64,000 bases of DNA from an uncultured delta proteobacterium (GTDB lineage Bacteria > Myxococcota_A > UBA9160), in NCBI GenBank assembly GCA_963710635.1, contig CAVQAY010000001.1:25674-89673 (forward strand), in the 5' to 3' direction. Below, one piece after another: positions 20,397-28,587 of the stretch (its first letter is position 1; every line of letters starts with the position of its first letter). The notes below the pieces were generated by a model. It saw nothing but the letters and a program-made list of their open reading frames with translations, ran no database searches and was not told where the DNA came from. Made by a program: the position numbers and the translations under genes.

Positions 20397-21151
20397 GCCA
20401 ATCTGTCGATCTGAACGCCGATATGGGCGAAAGCTTTGGTCCGTGGAAGATGGGCAATGATGCGGCGCTGCTGGACATCGTCAGCTCGGCCAACATTGCC
20501 TGCGGCTTTCATGCCGGTGATCCGGATGTGATGGCGCAGACGATGGCGCTGGCCGTGAAAAACGGCGTGGGCATCGGCGCACATCCCGGCTTTGCCGATT
20601 TGCAAGGCTTCGGGCGGCGCAAGCTGCACCTGTCGCAGTCTGAATGGCGCATCTGGTGCAATACCAGATCGGGGCCGCGCAGGCGATGGCGCGCGCCGCA
20701 GGCGGGCAGGTGCGGCATTTGAAACTGCACGGTGCGCTGTCCAACATGGCCTCGGTGGATGCCGATCTGGCGCGTGCCTGTTACAGGGCGGCGCTGGACG
20801 TGGCGACCCGACATCATCATCATGGTGCTGGCCGCCACCGCGATGGAGGATGTGGTGCGCGATCTGGGCTGTGCCTATGCGGCCGAAATCTTTGCCGACC
20901 GGGCTTATAACGATGATGCAACGCTGGTGGACCGTGCCCTGCCGGATGCCATGATCCACGACGCGGAGTATGCGGCCAAACGCATTGTCGGCATGGTGCA
21001 GGCGGGCGCGATCATCGCGCAATCGGGCAAACATATCCCGACGCGGATCGATACGATCTGCCTGCATGGCGACACCCCCGAAGCGGTGGATATTGCCACG
21101 GCGGTGCGGCGCGAACTGAACGCCGCGCAGATTGACATCAAGATGTTCTAG
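20393..21151 (+). pseudogene. pxpA: 5-oxoprolinase subunit PxpA (LamB/YcsF family), two apparent frameshifts (about 20641-20647 and 20803-20811)
   Basis: Three consecutive ORFs in three frames together give one LamB/YcsF protein: [11 protein letters not shown]...[15 protein letters not shown] (20393..), then [13 protein letters not shown]...[11 protein letters not shown] (20644..), then IIMVLAATAMEDV...ADRAYNDDATLV...TICLHGDTP (20732..). Confidence 0.75.
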
Positions 21152-21185
21152 GCGGGCAGGGGCGCACGCTGCCCACGCAAAGAAA

Positions 21186-21209
21186 AACCCCGCCGTTTCC
21201 GGCGGGGTT
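21186..21209. terminator. bidirectional rho-independent terminator between convergent pxpA and dctM
   Basis: AACCCCGCCG-tttc-CGGCGGGGTT perfect 10-bp stem, with an A-run upstream (aaagaaaa) and T-rich sequence downstream (tgatgttt). Confidence 0.6.
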
Positions 21210-21215
21210 TGATGT

Positions 21216-22658
21216 TTAATCTCCGTAGGCGACCGACGGCAGCCATGTCACGAGCTGTGGAAACTCGAACACGATGAACAGGCCCAGCAATTGCAATCCG
21301 ACAAAGGGAATGATGCCCTTGTAGATGTGGCTAAGCGAGATTTGCGGCGGGCATACCCCTTTGAGGTAGAAGAGCGCAAAGCCCACAGGCGGCGTCAGGA
21401 ACGAGGTTTGTAGCGTGACCGCCACTAGGATCGCGAACCAGACCACCGAAGGGTCCCGCACCTGATCAAAGCCGGGAATGGCCAGTTCAAGGCCCAGAAT
21501 AATCGGCAGCATCAACGGCATGATGATGATGGTGATTTCGATCCAGTCCAGCAGAAAACCCAGCAGGAACACGATGAACAGGATGAACACCACCGTCATG
21601 TAGGGATCATCAAAGGCCGACAGCACCATGTGCTGCACAATCTCGTCCCCGCCATAGCGGCGCAGCACGAAGGCAAAGAAGTTGGCGGCCAGAAAGATAC
21701 CGACGATATAACCGGCAGTGTTCAGGGTCGACCGGCTGACTTCCTTCAGAACGGTGTAGTTCAGCTTGCGGTTCGTGGCCGCCAGAATGGTCGCGCCCAA
21801 CGCGCCCAGACCGGACGCTTCCGTCGGGGTGGCGATGCCTGCAAAGATCGATCCCAGAACCAGCAGGATCAGGAACATCGGTGGCACAACGGCGAGCAGA
21901 ACCTCTTTGATCACCGGCCAGCCGACAGCTTCGGTTTGTGCGGGCGGGGGCATCGCGGACGGGCGCACCAGCCCGTAGATGATGATGAAGATGATATACA
22001 GCGCGCCCAGGATCAGGCCGGGAAACAGCGCGCCCATGAACAGATCGCCCAAGGAAATCGCCAACTGGTCCGACATGATCACCAGCATGATCGACGGCGG
22101 GATCAGAATGCCCAAGGTTCCCGCGCTCGCAATCGTACCGGTTGCGATCGGCTTGGAATAATTCTGTGCCATCATCGCGGGCAATGCCATCACGCCCAGC
22201 AGGGTGACGGACGCCCCGATCACACCGGTTGACGCCGCCAGAATGATCCCGATCAGCAGAACGGTCAGCGACAGGCCGCCACGCAGGCTGCCAAACAGTT
22301 TTTGCATCGAATGCATCATCCGCTGCGCCACGCCGGACTGGTCCAGCATCAGGCCCATAAAGATGAACATTGGCAGCGCCACAAGAACGGGGTTCTTGAC
22401 GATATTGCCGAACAGACGCCCCGAAAGGGCCTGCAGTTTCTGGTATTCGATGCCGGTACGATCAAATTCGATGATGTCGCGGAACGTGCCGCGGAACGGA
22501 TCAAGAAAGAATTCGGCAATCAGTACAAATACAAGGCTGACCCCGACAAGGGACATGGCCACCGGAATGCCGCGAAACAGCATCCAGATAAACGTGCCGA
22601 ACATCGCCATCACGGCAATTTCGTTCAGGGTCAGAAACTGCCCGATAAAGCTAAACAT
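21216..22658 (-). CDS. dctM: TRAP transporter large permease (DctM family, about 480 aa variant)
   Basis: Polytopic with a DctM-like sequence. Start trimmed to MFSFIGQF..., 10 nt after the dctQ stop. Confidence 0.85.
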   Translation of the reverse strand: MFSFIGQFLTLNEIAVMAMFGTFIWMLFRGIPVAMSLVGVSLVFVLIAEFFLDPFRGTFRDIIEFDRTGIEYQKLQALSGRLFGNIVKNPVLVALPMFIFMGLMLDQSGVAQRMMHSMQKLFGSLRGGLSLTVLLIGIILAASTGVIGASVTLLGVMALPAMMAQNYSKPIATGTIASAGTLGILIPPSIMLVIMSDQLAISLGDLFMGALFPGLILGALYIIFIIIYGLVRPSAMPPPAQTEAVGWPVIKEVLLAVVPPMFLILLVLGSIFAGIATPTEASGLGALGATILAATNRKLNYTVLKEVSRSTLNTAGYIVGIFLAANFFAFVLRRYGGDEIVQHMVLSAFDDPYMTVVFILFIVFLLGFLLDWIEITIIIMPLMLPIILGLELAIPGFDQVRDPSVVWFAILVAVTLQTSFLTPPVGFALFYLKGVCPPQISLSHIYKGIIPFVGLQLLGLFIVFEFPQLVTWLPSVAYGD

Positions 22659-22668
22659 ATGCGTGGTC

Positions 22669-23472
22669 CTACCCTTGGCTGCGCGCAGAGCGGTCAAAGA
22701 CCCGCACAGCAGCGATCACGGCAATGGTCAGGACCAGCGTGATCATGATGGTGTATTTGATGTCGTAGGCGCCAATTTCCATTTCATCGAAAATTGCGTG
22801 CCGCCCGACGTCGCGGGTGGTCATATCGGCAGGGCCGGTCAGGTAAACGCCCCACCAGAGAACATAATAGACCACCAGATTGATCAGGAACATTGTGGAC
22901 GGAAAGGCGAACAGAAGTTGCTTCCACAATACAGGGCGGGTCATCAGGGACAGATTGCGCACGTAAGCGGCCCATGTCGCGATACCGATAAAGATAAAGC
23001 TGACGTTCATGAACACTTTCAGGATCCACAGATTGTGCAATCCGTTCGGGCTGTCTGATCCTTCCCACGCCGTCACAGACGAAATCGCATAGCTGAGCGT
23101 TACATCCCAGCACAGGATGATGAACGGCAAAAACAGCCACGCCAGGGCAAAGATTTCGATCCGCGTTTTCTTTTCGATGGGAAAACGATCGTACAGGATG
23201 TCAACGCGGACGTGGCTGTTCGTGGTCACGGCATAACCGATGCCGATCAGAACCGCCGCGCCGTAAAGCCACCACTGGAAATCATCCAGCCACGCCTGGT
23301 TCATTCCGATATAACGCAACACGACCTGCGAACAGATGGCGATCATCAGAAACGGAAACAACCACGCAAACACATTTGATACTGCAACAATAAACCTGTC
23401 TCCGCGGTTATGGGTTTCACGCCCCACTTCTCCCGGGTCCGAGATCGCAATAATCTCGTCTGTTGTTTTCAT
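22669..23472 (-). CDS. dctQ: TRAP transporter small permease (long DctQ variant)
   Basis: 267 aa from MKTTDEIIAIS..., with TM segments, between dctP and dctM on the minus strand. Confidence 0.75.
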   Translation of the reverse strand: MKTTDEIIAISDPGEVGRETHNRGDRFIVAVSNVFAWLFPFLMIAICSQVVLRYIGMNQAWLDDFQWWLYGAAVLIGIGYAVTTNSHVRVDILYDRFPIEKKTRIEIFALAWLFLPFIILCWDVTLSYAISSVTAWEGSDSPNGLHNLWILKVFMNVSFIFIGIATWAAYVRNLSLMTRPVLWKQLLFAFPSTMFLINLVVYYVLWWGVYLTGPADMTTRDVGRHAIFDEMEIGAYDIKYTIMITLVLTIAVIAAVRVFDRSARSQG

Positions 23473-23576
23473 GGTCCTGCCCCCCAAAATCGAAAAAACA
23501 CCGGTTGTTTATCCTGCGGTGTCGGGTGTGCCGGGGCAAATTCGATCGCCCCGGCATTTGTCAGATGATGCGTCTA

Positions 23577-24626
23577 TCAGTTGCGCGGACGCGGCAGATA
23601 GATGGTGTCACCCCATGTTTTATATCCGGCGCGGAATTCCTGAAGATCGGCCCAGACTTCTGCAAAATAGGCATCTTCGGCAGCCAGTTCAGCAGCCACT
23701 TCGTTCCAAGTCGCCTCGAACGTGGCAAGGATTTCAGCATCCCAGACCTTGATGTTCACACCGTTGTTTTCGGCATTGTCGATCATCGCGGCATAGTTCT
23801 TGGCTTCGCCTTCGGCATAGTTGGTGGTGATGTTGGCAAGGCAGGCCACTTCGATCTGTTTCTGGCTGCGTTCATCCAGACCATCCCAGACGTCCTTGTT
23901 CACCAGCAGTTCGAACAGGGTTGCGGGCTGGTGCCAGCCGGGGAAGTAGTTGTATTTTGCGATATTGTGAAAGCCCAGACGCGCATCGATCAGCGGCATC
24001 GAGAATTCCGTTGCATCAATCGCGCCACGTTCAAGCGCGGGGAAGATATCGCCCGCGGCCAGCAATGATGTGGACACACCAAGGCGCTGCATCACTTCGG
24101 CACCAAGGCCGAAAAAGCGCATGTTCAGACCTTCCAGATCGGAGATCGAATTGATTTCGTTCTTGAACCAGCCGGAGGTTTCCGGCGCGATGATGCCGCA
24201 AGGCAGAACATGCACGTTATAGCCGGCTTCGTCATACATGCGCTGGAACAGCGCGTGGCCGTCATCATACAGCATCCACGCAAGGAATTCGCCGGCTTCG
24301 GGGCCGAACGGAACGGCCGCAAACAGCGACGCGGCGGTGATCTTGCCCTGCCAGTAGCCGGATGTGGCGTATGAGGCATCAACCGATCCGTTTGATACGG
24401 CATCCAGCGCTTCCAGTGTCGGGACCAGCTCGCCCGGATCGAAATGTTCGAATTCGACGCCTTCGGAAATGCTGTTGATCTTTTCGACGAAATCAACGCC
24501 GGCGGTGCCAAGGATCGGCAGGTTTTTCCCGAAAGAGGACGTCATTTCGATGACCTCTTGTGCCGAAGCGGCGCTTGCGACCGACAGGGCGGCAACGGCT
24601 GTCGCGGTGTAAAGATGGTATTTCAT
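23577..24626 (-). CDS. dctP: TRAP transporter substrate-binding protein (DctP family)
   Basis: 349 aa. Signal peptide MKYHLYTATAVAALSVASAASA. First gene of a minus-strand dctPQM operon. Confidence 0.85.
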   Translation of the reverse strand: MKYHLYTATAVAALSVASAASAQEVIEMTSSFGKNLPILGTAGVDFVEKINSISEGVEFEHFDPGELVPTLEALDAVSNGSVDASYATSGYWQGKITAASLFAAVPFGPEAGEFLAWMLYDDGHALFQRMYDEAGYNVHVLPCGIIAPETSGWFKNEINSISDLEGLNMRFFGLGAEVMQRLGVSTSLLAAGDIFPALERGAIDATEFSMPLIDARLGFHNIAKYNYFPGWHQPATLFELLVNKDVWDGLDERSQKQIEVACLANITTNYAEGEAKNYAAMIDNAENNGVNIKVWDAEILATFEATWNEVAAELAAEDAYFAEVWADLQEFRAGYKTWGDTIYLPRPRN

Positions 24627-24667
24627 GGTGTCCTCCCAGACGTTTCGAACTCTCGCAAAGAGCTCAT

Positions 24668-24686
24668 TGGTAAATTATGTTTACCA
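24668..24686. promoter_or_regulatory. candidate operator upstream of the second TRAP operon: TGGTAAA-ttatg-TTTACCA
   Basis: Perfect 7-bp inverted repeat with a 5-bp spacer, 42-60 nt upstream of the dctP start codon (24626, minus strand). Confidence 0.3.
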
Positions 24687-25126
24687 GTTTATGCACTATC
24701 GGTTGCTCCCGATTTTGTGAATACCCAGTAGTGGGTAGAATGCGCAGGCTGATCGGGCGCAGGGGCTATGTCAATGAAAAAGGGCGGGGGGCGCGTCTTG
24801 TTTTCGCACGGTTTTCCGCGCGACGCAGCGCGCGCGTGCGCGGGCGAAAAAAGCACCCGAGATATACCAGAATCGGGAAGGGGCGGCACCACCACGCCAG
24901 ACATTGAAGGTCCTGTCAGCCTGTCAAACTGGTAAGCAAGCGCCAATCCGATCGTTGTGGACACGCCGGATGCAGGACCGTTTGCACCCAATGGTCGCCC
25001 GTCGTGATGATCATCGCGTTGTCAGGTTTGAGGCCATTTTTTGAATTCGATTTTCTTGGTGCGTGCATTGGCAGCGTGAAAAATGCCGCAAGTGCGTAAA
25101 TCTCGGTGCCGCTGTGCAGCGGTAAA

Positions 25127-25160
25127 ATCGACCATTCAATGATATCGACCATTCAATGAT
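25127..25160. repeat. perfect tandem duplication, 17 bp x 2 (ATCGACCATTCAATGAT)
   Basis: Copies at 25127-25143 and 25144-25160, read directly from the sequence. Lies in the non-coding, low-GC gap. Confidence 0.95.
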
Positions 25161-25540
25161 AATGCAGTAATTCTAAAATAGCGAATTCATACTCTGCATA
25201 CTTGGCGACGTTCAGCGCAGCAGTGCTAGGTTCAGTTGAATAAAGATATCGTAAGCGCGACATCCGGCGATGCACAGGTCACGGTACGAAGGTGATCCTG
25301 CGATCGTCTTAACAACACTCCCCGCAAATGCCTCAGTTCGAAAACGCCGGCAGAGCATTCCGCGAAAAGATGTTGGAGGAATTACGATGAAGCCCCTACT
25401 CTGACCTCAACAAAAGTTGCAGTTCATGTATCGCTTACTCTCATGGATTGCTCCAGTACACGAACTCGCGAGGGACCAAATTTGACTTGGAGTTCAAAGT
25501 TGGCCGAATATCACCCCATTATTTGTTTTGTTTGGGCTAT

Positions 25541-25566
25541 TTAAGTTGTTTTGTTAAGTTGTTTTG
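25541..25566. repeat. perfect tandem duplication, 13 bp x 2 (TTAAGTTGTTTTG) in a T-rich tract upstream of the DUF1800 gene
   Basis: Copies at 25541-25553 and 25554-25566, 84-109 nt upstream of the GTG start at 25650. Confidence 0.95.
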
Positions 25567-25649
25567 GGTCGATTTATTTTTGAAGCTTACGCACGTTCTA
25601 TTTTGGAACGGGCTATTGCGCACGCATCACTTAATTCGGAGGCGTTGCT

Positions 25650-26975
25650 GTGCAAACTGACACCATTGCAGCCGTCAGATTTGGTTACGGCCTTGGCCCA
25701 AATTTACGCTACGGGATAACCGTTTCTGATCTCATTTCCGAAGCCGAAGATTTTAGTCAGAAAGGTTTGCGCATTCCGTTCGTGCTCAGACAAGACGTCA
25801 TCAGCAATTTCCAACATGCACGACGTGCTGGTGACTTGCTCCAAAAGAAGAAGTATCAAACTGAGATCAACTGCCTATTCGATGATGATATCAAACATTT
25901 TGCGGGAGTTGCGGTAGTTGGCATTGGCTTTGGTGCGCGACTGACAGCATTTTGGGCCGACCATTTTAGTTGCGCTGCGAATGGTCCATTGCTTAGGTGC
26001 CTGATCCCCGACCTCATAGAAAGGGCCATTCGACCTCACATCACTAAGCCGTTTTCGTCGATGTTGAAGGCTGTGGTTTTTCATCCTGCGCTCCTAAATT
26101 ATTTGACGCAGCAGCAGTCAGTTGGGCCAAATTCACCTCACGGAGTAGATTATAAACAAGGCCTGAACGAAAACCTCGCGAGAGAATTGCTCGAATTGCA
26201 TACATTGGGCGTGACGGGCGCGTACAGCCAATCGGATGTGCGTGCGCTGGCTGAAATCTTGTCAGGCCTTACAGTCAGAGCGTGCGAAACTATTTTTGAC
26301 CCAAATCGCGCGGAGCCCGGATCACGCCAGTTTTTGGGCGAAGACTACGACGGGCGCGAAGCTGGGCGTGCGTCTATCGAAATGGCATTGGATAGGCTCG
26401 CGATCCACCGAGATACGAGCACACATATCGCCCGCAAATTGATTGTTCATTTCTTGGGAGAACCGGTTGAAGAGGATTTTGTTCATGTGGTGTCTTCCGC
26501 TTTCATGCGTTCGGGCGGAAACTTAGCGACGACGATCGAGGCTTTGCTCAATGATGACCGCGCTTGGGTAACTCCATTCAGAAAGTCAAAATTGCCTTTC
26601 GATTTTGTTATTTCTGCTTTGAAGGCATCTGGGGAGACACCGACCAGCATTGATCAGCTTTCCCGACCCGAAATACGGCAGAACATTCGGATTCCAATGG
26701 AGCTCATGGGACAGGATCCGTTCAAGCCCCCTGGACCTGATGGCTGGAAAGCAAATCCGTCAGAATGGATAACGCCGCAAGGTATGGCTGCGCGAATTAA
26801 CTGGGCGTTTGAATTTATAAAATCGTCGAGAGACAACGTCAGCGCCGAAGATTTTTTGAACATTGCGCTGCGCGATCAAGCCACACCCGAATTGTTTGCT
26901 GCCATCAAAAGAGCGTCGAGCAATCAGAGCGCAAAGGCACTTGTTCTTTCCTCCCCCGATTTCAATTGCAGGTAG
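25650..26975 (+). CDS. DUF1800 domain-containing protein
   Basis: 441 aa. GTG start preceded by GGAGG. Shows LNENLARELLELHTLGV...Y.Q.DV..LA..LSG, HRDTSTHIARKLIVHF and a C-terminal ...LVLSSPDFNCR, the typical DUF1800 pattern. Low GC and A/T-ending codons. Confidence 0.85.
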   Translation: MQTDTIAAVRFGYGLGPNLRYGITVSDLISEAEDFSQKGLRIPFVLRQDVISNFQHARRAGDLLQKKKYQTEINCLFDDDIKHFAGVAVVGIGFGARLTAFWADHFSCAANGPLLRCLIPDLIERAIRPHITKPFSSMLKAVVFHPALLNYLTQQQSVGPNSPHGVDYKQGLNENLARELLELHTLGVTGAYSQSDVRALAEILSGLTVRACETIFDPNRAEPGSRQFLGEDYDGREAGRASIEMALDRLAIHRDTSTHIARKLIVHFLGEPVEEDFVHVVSSAFMRSGGNLATTIEALLNDDRAWVTPFRKSKLPFDFVISALKASGETPTSIDQLSRPEIRQNIRIPMELMGQDPFKPPGPDGWKANPSEWITPQGMAARINWAFEFIKSSRDNVSAEDFLNIALRDQATPELFAAIKRASSNQSAKALVLSSPDFNCR

Positions 26976-26987
26976 GGATGTAATTTC

Positions 26988-28130
26988 ATGCCCCAACAGA
27001 CCGATGTCTCCAAAAAATTTCATACCCACAGCCCACATGGAACGGATGACGATCTCACTCTCGTGAAGAACAAAGCTGAAAACCGGCTGGTCGTTATTCT
27101 TCTGCGTGGCGCTATGGACGGCCTTGATGTTGTTCGTCCGCTTGGCGACCCAAACTATGCAAGTTACCGACCAAATATCGGACGTGACGAGAGTATCGAT
27201 CTTGATGGGTTTTTCGGACTGCACCCAATGCTTGGACCATTGCATCCGCTGTGGCTTAACGGTGAGTTAAGTTTCGCACACGCGGTCTCCACCCCATATC
27301 GCGACAAACGTAGCCATTTTGAAGGTCAGGACATTCTAGAAAATGGATTTGCAGAAAATCATGTCCGATCAGGTGGATGGCTGAACCGCGCGTTGTCGTT
27401 GCTACCCGATAGCCAGATGACAAAGGCCATTTCTCTGGGATCAGGAAAACCGTTGATTCTATCGGGTGATGTGGAGGCTTCTGCTTGGTCACCAAGCAAC
27501 CAATTGGATTTGCAAAGATCTGACGCAGCCAATTTGACGGCCATTTACAGGAACGTACCGCAATTCAAAGAGGCTTTTTGTTGTGCTCAAGAAATGTCGT
27601 CAATGAACAACACACCCTTGACGACAGGCCAAGCGATAAAAGGACCTGCTCTCGCCAATTTCGCTGCAGGCAAGCTCAAGGAAGATTATCGCATTGCATC
27701 GTTTTCGGTAAATGGCTGGGACACGCATGCAGATCAAATACCCATGATGCAGATCCGATTGAGCGAACTCGCAGAAACAATTTTGACACTCAAGATTGAA
27801 CTCGGACGCGTTTGGTCACGCACGACCGTTCTGTGCATCACTGAGTTTGGCCGCACAGTTTACGAGAACGGGACTGCAGGGACTGACCATGGTACGGGGA
27901 GCATCGCAATGTTCGCAGGTGGCGCAATTTCGGGAAAGAAAATTCTAGGGCGATGGCCTGGTTTGGCCGCTCATGACCTTTATGAAGGGCGAGATCTGAT
28001 GCCCACGTTTGATGTGCGTTCTTTTGCAGCATGGGCTTTGTATGCGCTTTTCCCATTACAGTACGATGATCTCGAAAGGATCATCTTTCCCGGTCTACAG
28101 ATGGAAAGGCACGCAGGAATGTTCTTATAG
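26988..28130 (+). CDS. DUF1501 domain-containing protein (sulfatase/alkaline-phosphatase-like fold), no recognisable Tat signal
   Basis: 380 aa. Shows RLVVILLRGAMDGLDVV, EFGRTVYENGTAGTDHGTGS and GGAISGKKILGRWPGL, typical of DUF1501. It starts 12 nt after the DUF1800 stop. Confidence 0.85.
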   Translation: MPQQTDVSKKFHTHSPHGTDDDLTLVKNKAENRLVVILLRGAMDGLDVVRPLGDPNYASYRPNIGRDESIDLDGFFGLHPMLGPLHPLWLNGELSFAHAVSTPYRDKRSHFEGQDILENGFAENHVRSGGWLNRALSLLPDSQMTKAISLGSGKPLILSGDVEASAWSPSNQLDLQRSDAANLTAIYRNVPQFKEAFCCAQEMSSMNNTPLTTGQAIKGPALANFAAGKLKEDYRIASFSVNGWDTHADQIPMMQIRLSELAETILTLKIELGRVWSRTTVLCITEFGRTVYENGTAGTDHGTGSIAMFAGGAISGKKILGRWPGLAAHDLYEGRDLMPTFDVRSFAAWALYALFPLQYDDLERIIFPGLQMERHAGMFL

Positions 28131-28530
28131 CAAGTTTCAATTTACGAAAAACTCAGGTGTTAGAATTTCGATTACCGACATCTGATCACTGCCTTTTCGC
28201 CCCCTCCGGAAGTGATTAAATGTTCGCTTCGTCCGCAACCCGATTGTTGGAACAGTGCGCGGCGAAAAGGTGGTTTGGGAATACCCAATTTAGACCCTCT
28301 CAATGGCCGCTCTGGTGAAATGCGCTGCACTGCCAAAAGATTACCGCTGCACCTGCGAGAGAATGCTGCCTCAGCGAAGGCTAAATATCCAAGGTCGGTT
28401 TTGTCCCGCTTAGCGCCCTTAAACACACCGACCGCAATACTCCGTTCCACCTCCGACCTTTGATCAACTCTGCTGTAGCGCCCGGACATCACCCCCCTGA
28501 CCGCGGCGTTAAAAGCCCTTAACCCCCGCG

Positions 28531-28563
28531 AAAAAGGGCTCCGGCGCACCGGAGTCCTTTTCC
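28531..28563 (-). terminator. rho-independent terminator of phoX
   Basis: On the minus strand: GGACTCCGG-tgcg-CCGGAGCCC followed by TTTTT, about 25 nt after the phoX stop (28588). Confidence 0.65.
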
Positions 28564-28587
28564 ACACTCATTACCAACACACCCCCT

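Noticed and set aside
24916-25152. 78-aa minus-strand ORF in the gap as a possible gene remnant
   Set aside because: It starts within the 17-bp duplication and has no RBS. The upstream frame is closed by a TAG even if one repeat copy is removed. No motif recognised. Kept only as part of the gap finding.
25127-25566. Tandem repeats considered as a possible CRISPR or minisatellite array
   Set aside because: Each has only two directly abutting copies (17 bp and 13 bp) with no spacers, and there are no cas genes in the window. Not a CRISPR array.
26760-27245. 161-aa minus-strand ORF spanning the DUF1800/DUF1501 junction
   Set aside because: Antisense to two genes with clear family signatures, and it crosses their intergenic spacer.
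28172-28567. 131-aa minus-strand ORF and 83-aa plus-strand ORF in the right flank of the low-GC island
   Set aside because: The 131-aa ORF starts inside the phoX terminator hairpin and has no RBS. Its translation is basic and low-complexity with no recognisable motif. The region contains small hairpins (for example TTGGG-aata-CCCAA at 28275-28288), but I could not recognise a tRNA, riboswitch or ncRNA. Left unannotated.
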